From contig JBEULP010000117.1 of NCBI GenBank assembly GCA_041287245.1, positions 64,001 to 128,000 on the forward strand: a stretch of 64,000 nt of DNA, in the 5' to 3' direction. The notes under the pieces were generated by a model. The model was not told the origin of the DNA and did not search any database. It saw only the letters and a program-made list of their open reading frames with translations. Below are positions 46,969 to 57,351 of the stretch, in pieces; within the stretch, counting starts at the first letter, position 1; each line of letters opens with the position of its first letter. The translations under genes and the position numbers were made by a program. This stretch comes from Infirmifilum sp. GTDB taxonomy: Archaea > Thermoproteota > Thermoprotei > Thermofilales > Thermofilaceae.

Positions 46969-48027
46969 ATGGGTCTAGGAAGCTATCTAGTTAGAAGGTT
47001 GGTGACATTTCTCCCAAGTGTTATTGGCGCCCTTCTAATAACGTACCTTATCGCATACGTTATTCCCACTGATCCCGTTAGAGCATGGGTGGGTGAAAAA
47101 CTAATGAACCCCAGTACTCTCGAGAAGCTAAAAAAGGACTACAAATTCGATGCTCCCTGGTACGAGCAATTCGCCTTTCTAGTTGAAAAGTTGTTGACAG
47201 GCACCCTTATAGACCCTACGCGTGGCACACCTGTCGTCCAACAGGTTGCACAAAGGTTCCCCATCACCGTGGAACTAGCAATATTCGGCATGTTTTTCAC
47301 GATAATCATCGGCATACCTCTCGGAATCATAGCGGCTGCTAAAAAAGACAGCTTTATTGATTTCTTTGTTAGAATATTCGCGTTATTCGGCAGCTCAATC
47401 CCAGCCTTTGTACTCTACTATTTTTTAATCTTAGCCTTTTACGTACATATCCGAGCCTCTTTATTGGCAGGTGTGCCTACGCTTTCGCCTAGCAGCGCTG
47501 CAATGCTGGAGAACATTAAGAATACTATCCCGGTAATAGGATACATTATATGGGCTATAGGTCAGGTACCTCTCTTCGGGGGGATGATATGCCTAGACTT
47601 GAATGTAGTTGTAAACACTATTTCTAGAATGTGGCTGCCAGGCCTTGCGCTTGGCCTCCTATCGGGAGGATTTATCGCCCGAATCGTAAGAAATAGTTTG
47701 TTGGACGCTTTAACATCCGAGACTATATTATTTGCCAAAGCACGGGGTTTGACTAGCTCCCGCGTCTGGCGTCATGCCCTTAAGAATGCCTTTGCCCCCA
47801 TCGTAACAATATTAGGGCTAAATTTCGCCGGGCTCCTTACAGGAGCTATTATTGCTGAAACAGTATTTAACATTCCAGGAATGGGGCTTTATATGTATCA
47901 AGGGATCACAAGGCTTAATTTTCCAATAATAATAGCAGGGACATTTATGTTCTCAATAATATATATAGTGATGAATCTCCTAGTGGATTTGCTTTATGCT
48001 TTCATAGATCCTAGGGTCAGATATTAA
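46969..48027 (+). CDS. dppB: Peptide ABC permease (DppB/OppB)
   Basis: FPITVELA, AKARGL...RHALKNA, ETVFNIPGMG, DPRVRY. Confidence 0.92.
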   Translation: MGLGSYLVRRLVTFLPSVIGALLITYLIAYVIPTDPVRAWVGEKLMNPSTLEKLKKDYKFDAPWYEQFAFLVEKLLTGTLIDPTRGTPVVQQVAQRFPITVELAIFGMFFTIIIGIPLGIIAAAKKDSFIDFFVRIFALFGSSIPAFVLYYFLILAFYVHIRASLLAGVPTLSPSSAAMLENIKNTIPVIGYIIWAIGQVPLFGGMICLDLNVVVNTISRMWLPGLALGLLSGGFIARIVRNSLLDALTSETILFAKARGLTSSRVWRHALKNAFAPIVTILGLNFAGLLTGAIIAETVFNIPGMGLYMYQGITRLNFPIIIAGTFMFSIIYIVMNLLVDLLYAFIDPRVRY

Positions 48028-48038
48028 GGTGAGGATTA

Positions 48039-49145
48039 TTGAATACACTGTACAGGATAGGTAGTTGGCTTGTAGACAAGTATGCTGAACTAAGGAATAG
48101 GCTCAGCCCAGGATGGCTAACGAAAAACAAGTCAAAAATCATTGAGACGAAGCTCTCCATATATGTTTTTACCTCCTCTAAAATCGGTGTCACAGGGTTT
48201 ATACTTGTTGTCTTAACTCTCTTCCTAGCGATTTTTGGGCCTTTTATAGCATGGGAACCCTATGACGTTTATCCTATACTCTCGAACCCCGAACTCGCCG
48301 GTAAGCTACCGCATCCACCTTGTATCAACAGCTGTGAAGGTCTACCCTGGGCGGGGACAGATCAGTATGGTAGAGATGTGCTGAGCCTGGTAATAAGAGG
48401 GTTTCGAATATCACTTGTGATGAGTTTGATTATTGTTTTTACAAGTGCAGCGCTTGGCATACTATTGGGGCTGATCTCCGGCTACTGGGGAGGTGTTGTT
48501 GACGAAATTATCATGAGGTTCACAGACATGATGTTAGCTTTTCCGGGATTAGTGCTAGCCATAGCTTTTAGCCTAACTCTCAGATTGTCCTTAAGGGATT
48601 ATATGATGGCTAATCCCACGTTCACACAACTTGTAGCCTCAGTTTTTGCACTAAATCCTAAAGACGCTCCAAACCTGGCAAACTTGCTTTCAGTGTTCCT
48701 TGCGCTAATCCTTGTATGGTGGCCACCGTACGCCCGGGTTGTTCGGGGGTCTGTTCTCACGGTAAAAGAACAAGGCTTTATTGAGGCGGCCAAGGCTTTA
48801 GGCCTATCAGCAAGAAAGATATTATTCCGCCACATTTTCCCAAACATAATGTCTCCTCTACTTGTAATGATAACCTTCGACATGGCAACAGCAACTCTTA
48901 GCTCGGCAGCGCTATCATTCCTCGGGTTAGGCCCTCAACCTCCCGTTCCAGACTTGGGTCTAATAATATCACAGGCAGGCCAATACTTCCCCGAAAGAAG
49001 CTGGTGGATCGTTATTGAAGCTGGGATCGCTCTCTTACTAATTTCCCTAGGCTGGAACCTGGTGGGCGACGCTCTGAGAGATGTGTACGATCCTAAGACT
49101 AGGCGGTCAATAGAGCTAAAATCTAAAATTGAGGTGGGAGAATGA
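48039..49145 (+). CDS. dppC: Peptide ABC permease (DppC/OppC)
   Basis: GTDQYGRD, FIEAAKALG, LSFLGLG, GDALRD..DP. Confidence 0.92.
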   Translation: MNTLYRIGSWLVDKYAELRNRLSPGWLTKNKSKIIETKLSIYVFTSSKIGVTGFILVVLTLFLAIFGPFIAWEPYDVYPILSNPELAGKLPHPPCINSCEGLPWAGTDQYGRDVLSLVIRGFRISLVMSLIIVFTSAALGILLGLISGYWGGVVDEIIMRFTDMMLAFPGLVLAIAFSLTLRLSLRDYMMANPTFTQLVASVFALNPKDAPNLANLLSVFLALILVWWPPYARVVRGSVLTVKEQGFIEAAKALGLSARKILFRHIFPNIMSPLLVMITFDMATATLSSAALSFLGLGPQPPVPDLGLIISQAGQYFPERSWWIVIEAGIALLLISLGWNLVGDALRDVYDPKTRRSIELKSKIEVGE

Positions 49146-50143
49146 CTGACCTGCTTAAAGAAAATCAAATCTTGGCAGCCCGTCAGGTAAACGTAAGGTT
49201 CTACACATATGCAGGAGTTGTCCACGCCGTCTCTGAAGCCTACCTGGACATTTTTGAGGGTGAAAGCGTCGCGCTTGTTGGGGAAACAGGCAGCGGCAAG
49301 ACAGTTTTTACTAGAGCATTGACGGGCCTAATCGAGCCTCCAGGAAAAATAGAGTCGGGGAAGGTATACTTTAGACGTCGGGATGGCAGTATAGTAGACC
49401 TCCTGAAGCTTTCCACCGAAGAGCTCCGGGACATTAGAGGGAACGAGATATCTTACGTATTTCAAGATCCTTCTAGTGCTCTCGACCCACTTTACACAGC
49501 TGGAGACCACATCACGGAAACTATAATGGAGCATCGACCCTTAGGAAAGGGAGAGGCCATGAAAGAAGCTATAAGTTTGCTTAAGGATGTAATGATCCCC
49601 AACCCTGAAGTTCGCGTAAAAAACTATCCCCATGAGTTAAGCGGCGGCATGAAACAGAGAGTAGTTATAGCGGTCGCAATATCCAACAGGCCAAGGCTTC
49701 TAATAGCTGATGAACCTACAACAAACCTCGACGTAACAGTGCAGGCGCAGATACTCGATCTTTTAAAGGAACTCAGAAACAAGTATCGGATGAGCCTCCT
49801 CCTCATAACACACAACCTCGGCATAGTTGCAGAAACTTCAGATAGAGTATACGTGATGTACGGAGGACGTATATCTGAAACTGCTCCAGTCGAATCACTG
49901 TTTGAATCGCCCCAACACCCCTACACCCAGCTGCTTTTGAGGTGTGTACCAAACCCTCTTAGGAAATTCGAAAAGCTCGAGTCTATTCCGGGGACCGTGC
50001 CTAATCTCATTGATATGAAGCCCGGGTGTCCCTTTGCACCCAGGTGCCCCTACGCTAAAGAGATCTGCTTCAAGGAAACCCCACCTGGAATAAAGGTAGA
50101 CGATTCTCATGTTGTTCACTGTTGGTTGTACCATAAGAGGTGA
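49142..50143 (+). CDS. dppD: Peptide ABC ATPase (DppD/OppD)
   Basis: GETGSGKT, YPHELSGGMKQR, DEPTT, HPYT, GCPFAPRC. Confidence 0.93.
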   Translation: MTDLLKENQILAARQVNVRFYTYAGVVHAVSEAYLDIFEGESVALVGETGSGKTVFTRALTGLIEPPGKIESGKVYFRRRDGSIVDLLKLSTEELRDIRGNEISYVFQDPSSALDPLYTAGDHITETIMEHRPLGKGEAMKEAISLLKDVMIPNPEVRVKNYPHELSGGMKQRVVIAVAISNRPRLLIADEPTTNLDVTVQAQILDLLKELRNKYRMSLLLITHNLGIVAETSDRVYVMYGGRISETAPVESLFESPQHPYTQLLLRCVPNPLRKFEKLESIPGTVPNLIDMKPGCPFAPRCPYAKEICFKETPPGIKVDDSHVVHCWLYHKR

Positions 50144-50149
50144 ATATGA

Positions 50150-51112
50150 ATGTCTGAAGTAGTAAGAGTGGAGAACGTTAAAAAACACTTCCGAGTTAGA
50201 GGTTCTCTATTTAAAACCCTTAAAGCAGTTGACGGCGTCAGCTTTACAATACATGAAGGTGAAACCCTTGGTCTCGTGGGAGAGAGTGGTTGCGGAAAAT
50301 CAACTCTTGGAAGGGTTGTAATACGCCTCCTGGAGCCTACTAGCGGGAAAATATTCTTTAAGGGCAAGGACGTAACAACCTTAAAAGGCGAGAACCTCAA
50401 AAAGTTTCATCGAGAAGCTCAGATAGTGTTCCAAGATCCGAATACATCGTTAAACCCCCGATTAACCATATTGGAGACTCTAACAGAGCCTCTCTATGAG
50501 CATGGAATTCCTGTATCCGATCCAGAGGAATTTATAGTAGAGCAGCTAGTAAATGTAGGCCTTGGAAAAGAGCACCTTTACCGCTACCCACACGAGCTTA
50601 GTGGTGGGCAAAGACAACGCGTCGCCATCTTAAGGGCCCTCCTTCTTAATCCCTCTTTCATAGTTCTAGACGAGCCTACCTCCTCGCTGGATGTATCAGT
50701 TCAGGCACAAATCCTAAACATTCTTAAAAGCATACAATCCGAGAGAAAGATAAGTTATCTCTTCATCTCCCATGACATGGGCGTTGTCAAATATATGAGT
50801 CACAGGATAGCTGTCATGTACCTTGGAAGAATAGTCGAAATAGCCCCCTCTGATAAGCTCTTTGAGAACCCACTCCACCCCTACACCAAATACCTCCTCA
50901 GTGCAATCCCTATACCTGATCCTAAGTATGCTCGCATGAGAAAGCGACTTGAAATAAAAGGAGAGCCCCCCTCTCCCATTGACCTGCCGTCAGGCTGCGT
51001 TTTCCATACGCGTTGTCCATTTGCTTCAGACAGGTGTAAACATGAAAGTCCGCCACTTATAGAGGTCGAGCCGGGGCACCACGTCGCATGCTGGCTTTTC
51101 TCAAAAACTTAA
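50150..51112 (+). CDS. dppF: Peptide ABC ATPase (DppF/OppF)
   Basis: GESGCGKS, LSGGQRQR, DEPTSSLD, HPYT, GCVFHTRC. Confidence 0.93.
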   Translation: MSEVVRVENVKKHFRVRGSLFKTLKAVDGVSFTIHEGETLGLVGESGCGKSTLGRVVIRLLEPTSGKIFFKGKDVTTLKGENLKKFHREAQIVFQDPNTSLNPRLTILETLTEPLYEHGIPVSDPEEFIVEQLVNVGLGKEHLYRYPHELSGGQRQRVAILRALLLNPSFIVLDEPTSSLDVSVQAQILNILKSIQSERKISYLFISHDMGVVKYMSHRIAVMYLGRIVEIAPSDKLFENPLHPYTKYLLSAIPIPDPKYARMRKRLEIKGEPPSPIDLPSGCVFHTRCPFASDRCKHESPPLIEVEPGHHVACWLFSKT

Positions 51113-51194
51113 CCATGAGTGTTATCTTAATCCTTCTTTTCCTCAGGTAAGGTGCAATCTTTTAATAGGTGTTGCTAGCCTAAGGCTTGAGAAG

Positions 51195-51818
51195 ATGAGG
51201 TTTATTGCCTATTCTGATAAACTATTGTTACGTCTATCACATCTAGGTTTCACCTGGTACCCTTATGCTGGTTTTCGCTTAAAGAATGATAAGTTGCTTC
51301 TAGTAGACTGCGGAATTTCGAGCATTATGAAGGATTTGAATATTCGCATACTTTTGTCGCGAGTTATTCCTAGCAATATGGTCGTCGAGTCGGAAAAGCC
51401 TCCGCTAAGTTTAGGTATACTTTCTCATGAAGATTGTAATGAGAGGGTTCTAAGCGATCTACTCAAGAATAGAGAAACCCGTTCAGCCACAACCAGCAGT
51501 GTAAAGGTCGACACGATAGACTATCTTGCCGTAAGAATGCTAGGAGTGCCTTCGGCTCTTAGAAGACTAGAGGAGGCTTTCAAAGAATACGCACGAGAGA
51601 CCCTTCACCCCTCTAGGCTAATAGAAGGTTTAAACATGCAGAACCTAGATTATCTTGGAGTAATCTTCCAGCTACTAGCGATAGATAAGAGGAAGGGTGA
51701 GGTTTACTTTCTAGAGGGAGAGAAATATATCAGGGCGAGATTTGCCGAGAGAATTATACGGGAAAATTCAAACTTGCAAGCCTTCCTACTGGCCAACCTC
51801 AAACCGCCTACAAAATAA
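51195..51818 (+). CDS. Hypothetical protein
   Basis: 207-aa ORF filling the gap; no recognised motif. Confidence 0.6.
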   Translation: MRFIAYSDKLLLRLSHLGFTWYPYAGFRLKNDKLLLVDCGISSIMKDLNIRILLSRVIPSNMVVESEKPPLSLGILSHEDCNERVLSDLLKNRETRSATTSSVKVDTIDYLAVRMLGVPSALRRLEEAFKEYARETLHPSRLIEGLNMQNLDYLGVIFQLLAIDKRKGEVYFLEGEKYIRARFAERIIRENSNLQAFLLANLKPPTK

Positions 51819-51876
51819 TGCTTGTTCCCAGCTTCTTGAAGCGATTACCCTTTAACAAGCCTTGAAAGGAAAGTTT

Positions 51877-53319
51877 TTAGCTACTTCTCTTAGATGAGCC
51901 CCGTAGTGAATAATACACAATTAATGTGAAGGCGACGAAAACTGGTAATAAGATAAAGATGGGAACATTTCGCTCAAGAAATCTGCGTAGAGCAAGTGCC
52001 AAGTTGAACTCTTTTTTAAACACTCCCGTTTCTAACGGAACATTAGATGCCTTTACAGGGATCTCGGCGACCCTCGGATTAAACTCTACAACAGTGACAT
52101 TAGGACACGGGGTCTCTCGAACCACGCCTCTAAGTACCCTCCACCCGTAGATAGCCTTAGAATAATATGAGAGTTCATCCGTATCGTTTAAAATACTTGT
52201 CCTATTAACCTGCACTCCCCCGAATATATAATTAGTCGTCTTGTTCTCAGCTAGATCTGCAACAACTACTCCCCCCGGATAATATAGAAGTATTTCTCGT
52301 CCGGAGGTATATCCACTCAAGTCCACAGAAGGCAAAACACGGATAATCTCAAGCCTGGCTTCATTATAAGTCCACCCGCCGAGCTCATCCAAAACCAGGA
52401 GAAAATAATCCCTCCTATCCTCCACAAACACACCTGACCCGAGGATAAAGGCCCGGCCTGTTCGGCCATCCACATAAACGTTCTTGAGAAAAGTGTCGCC
52501 CAATGTAGAGTAGCCTCTCAACCACAAGAGCCCTCCCACCCTAGATATCCTGGCTGCAAATCCCTGAACCCCGCCTCCCCCCTCGCTGGTACCGACAATT
52601 ACGTAATCTCCATTTGGGCTTAGCGCGATATCCTCCCCAACATCTATTCCCGCACCTCCAATACTCATGCTAGTTTTAAGGGACAAGTTATCGTCAAGCT
52701 GCAGTAAGAGAACATCTCCCTGAGAAACATTATAAGCCCATGTCTCACCAAGCACAGCAAAGCCTGTTCCGTCTATAATAATACGCTTAGCAACATCGGG
52801 GTAGTCCACGCTACCATAACACTTCATACTCAGAATGCTACCATTTAAGCCCAGCCGGGCAACAAAGACATCAAGATCCCCCCTGATAGACCTTGGGAAA
52901 TAACCTGTTAAAACAAGGGAGTCCCTCGAGTATATTCCATCCGACAAATAAACGCTTTGTGTCCCATTTAAAAGGAAAGCCTTTAATAAGTCGCCCATAA
53001 AAAGGACAACAAGCCCTCCTGACAGGCCGCTTGCAGTCACAACAGAACCACTTATGGCTATGTTCCCATCGCTCTCCCTTACCGATAATAGCATTCCAGG
53101 CGTATCCCAGGAATAGAAGTTAGCTTTTGTGGAGGAAATAACCATAACATAGGGTACTGGTCGCAAGGCAGGACCCGAATAACCCCCCAAGTATATCTTT
53201 TGTTGAAACTGAATCGCACTTATCCCTGTAATGCTCTGTGGTTGAGCGGTAATGTAGGAGCAAGCGGCAAGAATATAAAATGCTGCTAGAAGCCCTAATC
53301 TACCTCTGCCCTTTTTCAT
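51877..53319 (-). CDS. Surface protein with beta-propeller-like repeats and C-terminal TM
   Basis: Signal peptide; repeated DVFVARL..G / DVLLLQL / GFAARI..G.LLW / DYFLLVL units; C-terminal TM. Confidence 0.7.
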   Translation of the reverse strand: MKKGRGRLGLLAAFYILAACSYITAQPQSITGISAIQFQQKIYLGGYSGPALRPVPYVMVISSTKANFYSWDTPGMLLSVRESDGNIAISGSVVTASGLSGGLVVLFMGDLLKAFLLNGTQSVYLSDGIYSRDSLVLTGYFPRSIRGDLDVFVARLGLNGSILSMKCYGSVDYPDVAKRIIIDGTGFAVLGETWAYNVSQGDVLLLQLDDNLSLKTSMSIGGAGIDVGEDIALSPNGDYVIVGTSEGGGGVQGFAARISRVGGLLWLRGYSTLGDTFLKNVYVDGRTGRAFILGSGVFVEDRRDYFLLVLDELGGWTYNEARLEIIRVLPSVDLSGYTSGREILLYYPGGVVVADLAENKTTNYIFGGVQVNRTSILNDTDELSYYSKAIYGWRVLRGVVRETPCPNVTVVEFNPRVAEIPVKASNVPLETGVFKKEFNLALALRRFLERNVPIFILLPVFVAFTLIVYYSLRGSSKRSS

Positions 53320-53468
53320 AATCCACGATTGACTTTGGCGGGGAGGATTTATATTAATGGTGTAAAGATTTTTTAATTAAAACTTTACATTAGAAAGTGG
53401 TAAGATAGTGTTAAAAACTCCAGTAAGAGAAGCGAAAAATTAAAATACTTTATTCCTACTAGCTAATA

Positions 53469-56159
53469 ATGACAACCATGAAAACAAAGCTAGCATTATT
53501 AATCGTACTCATAGTGTCCCTCTCTGTCATTCTACCTCTACTAAAGGCACAACCGCAAGGCCCGTGGGTTGACGAGGTAGACTTCTTCCAAGAGGCAGAT
53601 GCTGCAAAAGTTGTAAACATGCTCAGCAAAGGCGATATGCAAATATACTTCAGTGACCTACGCGTCGACCCCACCCTCATGCAGAAGATTAAGAGTGATC
53701 CCAATCTTGCCTATACTTACTCGTATGGTCTTTACTACGATTTAACATTTAACCCGGTTGGCCCCGAGTTTCCCGCCACTGGACAACTAAACCCATTCTC
53801 AGATCCGAAGATCCGCGAGGCTATGAACTGGCTTATCGACAGGAACTATATCGCCAATGAGATAATGGGTGGACTAGCTGTACCCAAGTGGCTACCAATA
53901 GTCAACGTTTTCCCAGACTATGCGAGAATCGCTGATACGGCTAAGATGCTTGAGGCGAAATATAGCTACAACCCCGAACTGGCAAAGCAAGTGATCTTTG
54001 CGGAAATGGCTAAACTGGGCGCTACATATCAGGATGGCAAGTGGTACTACAAAGGGAAGCCAGTAGTGATAACAATTCTTATTCGTAGCGACGACCCTAA
54101 CAGGAAGCAGATTGGAGACTACGTTGCAGACCAGCTTGAAAAGCTAGGCTTTACTGTAAATAGAAAGTACGGTTCGAGCCGCGACCTTTCTCCGCTTTGG
54201 ATTAGAGGAAAACCCGCGGACGGTAAATGGAACATATACACCGGAGGGTGGATAACCACGGCAATCGAGCGTGACTCGTCGGGGAACTTCGGCTTCTTCT
54301 ACACGCCTCTAGCTAGCTACATGGGTCCGTTATGGCAAGCTTACAAGCCAGACCCGATATTCTACGAGATAGCGACGAAGCTGTGGAATGGGCAGTTCAA
54401 ATCTTTAGAAGAAAGAACTGCTCTCATGGCAAAGGCTGCAGAGCTTGCTCTCCAGGATTCAGTCCGTATATGGCTTGTAGACCAAATAGTCCCCTGGGTT
54501 TACCGTAAAGAAGTTCAATGCGCCTCAGACTTCTCTGCCGGGTTTGACAACAACCTTTGGCCGTTTACTCTACGCTATGTGGGTAAAGAGGGTGGAACCA
54601 TAAAGGCAGGTATGCGTGAGGTGCTTGTTGATCCTTGGAACCCGGTGGCCGGAACAAACTGGGTTTATGATGCGGTTCTCTTGAACGCCGTGGATGACTA
54701 TGCCTCTAGAACCAACCCGTATACTGGTCTCCCAATGGCTAATAGGCTCGTGAGCGCCGAGGTATATGTATTAAAAGGAATAGTTACGGGTAGCAGTAGC
54801 AACTGGCTTAAACTCACATTTGTAGATAAAGTGGATGTTCCACCAGATGCATGGTATGCATACGACGTTAAAAGCGGAAAGGTCATAACCTCTGGTGAGG
54901 CGGGAGTAAAGAGCGCCCAGGTAAAGATAGTAGCCAATTACGGCGACGTTCTCGGAAAGATAAAGTATCAGGATGGGACAACGATGACTCTTGCGGACTG
55001 GCTTATCGGCTGGCCTCTAACCTTCGCCCGCGTTGACCCCTCAAGCCCACTCTACGACCCATCTGCGAAGGCTGCTTTCGATCAGTGGAGGCAGCAGATG
55101 CAGGGCTGGAGAATAGTCAGTACAAGCCCACTTGTAATAGAATACTATGTTAACTACACTGCTCTCGACGCCGAGTATATAGTCTTCGGGTTTGCAGGGT
55201 GGCCATCAAACCCGTGGCACATGCTTGCCATTGGTATCAGGGCTGAGGAGAAGGGACTGCTAGCCTTCAGTGCGGACAAGGCATCAAGTATGAATGTAGA
55301 ATGGATGAATTATATCGGAGGCCCCAGCCTAGAGATACTTTCAAAGATGCTTGACGAGGCCCAGAGTGAGGGCTACATTCCGTTCAAAGCCTTCATGTCA
55401 AAGTATACTAATGCAGACGAAGCCAAGGCTAGATATGGAGCTTTGAAGAATTGGTACCAGGCGCACGGGCACTTCTACGTTGGTACAGGGCCCTTCATCC
55501 TCGACAAGGTGGACTACAACGCCCACACCGCCGTTCTTAAGGCTTACAGGGATTATACCTACAAGGCTGACCGCTGGGCATTCCTCGCCTCCCCACCGAT
55601 ACCTGAGGTCAGCGTGAAGGCTCCAGATGTTGTAGTGCCTGGCGCCCAAGCCACGTTCACTGTAAATGTGAACGTAAAGGGACAGCCGTATCCCAAGGAT
55701 CGTATAGACTTCGTGAAATACATGGTTCTGGACGCGCAGGGCAACGTCTACGCCAAGGGTGTGGCTACTGCTCAAGCCGATGGAGTATGGGTTATAACCT
55801 TGTCACCAGAGGACACAGGCAAGCTTACACCTGGAAGCTACAGAATGTTAACGATAACGCTTAGCAAGGATGTAGCTGTCCCAGCTCTGGTCGAGAAGCC
55901 GTTCACCGTTACCTCTCAGATAGCTTACTTCCAAACCCTCCTAGCGCAGACCCAGAGTGCTATAGAGTCTAAGATAGGCTCTGTCCAGGCTGGTGTCACA
56001 AACCTCAACGATCAGGTTAACTCCTTAACAACTCGGGTCAGTGGTCTTGAATCAACGGTAAACATCGCTCTGGCTGTGAGTATCCTTGGAATAATCGTTG
56101 CAGCGGCTGCACTCTACATGGCATCTAAGAAGCCCAAGACGCAGAGCACGTCGGCATAA
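53469..56159 (+). CDS. Peptide ABC substrate-binding protein (family 5), circularly permuted, C-terminal anchor
   Basis: NPFSDPKIREAMNWLIDR, YTGGW, PWNPV, GTGPF; then a beta domain, coiled coil and TM. Confidence 0.9.
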   Translation: MTTMKTKLALLIVLIVSLSVILPLLKAQPQGPWVDEVDFFQEADAAKVVNMLSKGDMQIYFSDLRVDPTLMQKIKSDPNLAYTYSYGLYYDLTFNPVGPEFPATGQLNPFSDPKIREAMNWLIDRNYIANEIMGGLAVPKWLPIVNVFPDYARIADTAKMLEAKYSYNPELAKQVIFAEMAKLGATYQDGKWYYKGKPVVITILIRSDDPNRKQIGDYVADQLEKLGFTVNRKYGSSRDLSPLWIRGKPADGKWNIYTGGWITTAIERDSSGNFGFFYTPLASYMGPLWQAYKPDPIFYEIATKLWNGQFKSLEERTALMAKAAELALQDSVRIWLVDQIVPWVYRKEVQCASDFSAGFDNNLWPFTLRYVGKEGGTIKAGMREVLVDPWNPVAGTNWVYDAVLLNAVDDYASRTNPYTGLPMANRLVSAEVYVLKGIVTGSSSNWLKLTFVDKVDVPPDAWYAYDVKSGKVITSGEAGVKSAQVKIVANYGDVLGKIKYQDGTTMTLADWLIGWPLTFARVDPSSPLYDPSAKAAFDQWRQQMQGWRIVSTSPLVIEYYVNYTALDAEYIVFGFAGWPSNPWHMLAIGIRAEEKGLLAFSADKASSMNVEWMNYIGGPSLEILSKMLDEAQSEGYIPFKAFMSKYTNADEAKARYGALKNWYQAHGHFYVGTGPFILDKVDYNAHTAVLKAYRDYTYKADRWAFLASPPIPEVSVKAPDVVVPGAQATFTVNVNVKGQPYPKDRIDFVKYMVLDAQGNVYAKGVATAQADGVWVITLSPEDTGKLTPGSYRMLTITLSKDVAVPALVEKPFTVTSQIAYFQTLLAQTQSAIESKIGSVQAGVTNLNDQVNSLTTRVSGLESTVNIALAVSILGIIVAAAALYMASKKPKTQSTSA

Positions 56160-56286
56160 ATAAGTAATAATTTAAAAATAATTAATTATTTTTTCTGCGT
56201 CATTTTTCGCTTATATTCTATATTTTTCTTTAGAGTAAGTCTTTTATATACCTCTGTCGAAGGTGTAACAGTAGCGTGAAAGCCGA

Positions 56287-57351
56287 ATGATCCCCTGGGG
56301 ATTCATCAAATACATTGTTAAACGGGTGGTCGTGCTTTACCTTACAGTAGTTATAGCGCTTTATGCGACTATTCTCGTAGCAAATATGGGCGGAAAGGTC
56401 GACGAGATAATAATAGGAGACATCAGGATGTCTATCGGGCAGGCAATCAGCCAGAATCCACAGTACAGGAATCTTCCCGGCGAAGAGAGAGCCAAGTTAA
56501 TAGAGCAATTGGTTCAGCAGGAAATCCATAGGCGAGGCCTCGATACTCCCTTCTTTATACGAAGCCTTATATATTTGAGGGATGCATTGACTTTAGATTT
56601 AGGTAGGGCCTTGGTTCTTAGAAGCGACACTGGTTCAATGTACGTCAAGAATATTATCTTGGAGAGGCTTCCCAATACCATTCTCTTATTCACAACGGTC
56701 ACAGTAATCAACTTCTTCTTACATTTGTTTATCGGCCTATATCTATCCAGACACTACGGAAGTCTCCTCGACAAGATAACTATAGCTCTTGCACCAACCT
56801 CTGTTATCCCAGGGTGGTTTTACGGCATTTTCCTCATACTTATATTCTACTCCTGGCTTCATGTACTGCCAGCGTCGGGGATGGTTGACGTTCCACCCCC
56901 CGAGAACCCCGTGGACTATGCCTTGAGCGTTTTGAAGCATATGATTCTCCCTATGCTTTCCTGGATTATATCTGGTTTCTTCCTTGGAATTTATAGTAAC
57001 CGTACATTCTTTTTGATTTTTTCAACAGAGGACTACGTTGAGGCTGCCAAGGCTAAGGGTCTCCCGCCTCGTGTGATAGAGACGAGGTATATTCTAAGGC
57101 CCACTTTACCACCTATTGTTACAAGCTTTGCGCTATCTCTTATAGGGTCTTGGGGTGGAGCCATGATCACTGAGACGGTTTTTGGCTGGCCGGGGTTGGG
57201 TCTTGTAACCTATAGGGCAATCTCCGCCTTTGATACTCCCGTGATTGTAGGGGTCACGGTGATATACGCGTATCTCCTGATGATTACAGTGCTGATATTA
57301 GACGTTATTTATGGGTGGCTAGACCCCCGAATAAAGGTGCAGTTTAGGTGA
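56287..57351 (+). CDS. oppB: Peptide ABC permease (OppB-like)
   Basis: LPNTILL, DYVEAAKAKGL, ETVFGWPGLG, DPRI. Confidence 0.9.
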   Translation: MIPWGFIKYIVKRVVVLYLTVVIALYATILVANMGGKVDEIIIGDIRMSIGQAISQNPQYRNLPGEERAKLIEQLVQQEIHRRGLDTPFFIRSLIYLRDALTLDLGRALVLRSDTGSMYVKNIILERLPNTILLFTTVTVINFFLHLFIGLYLSRHYGSLLDKITIALAPTSVIPGWFYGIFLILIFYSWLHVLPASGMVDVPPPENPVDYALSVLKHMILPMLSWIISGFFLGIYSNRTFFLIFSTEDYVEAAKAKGLPPRVIETRYILRPTLPPIVTSFALSLIGSWGGAMITETVFGWPGLGLVTYRAISAFDTPVIVGVTVIYAYLLMITVLILDVIYGWLDPRIKVQFR

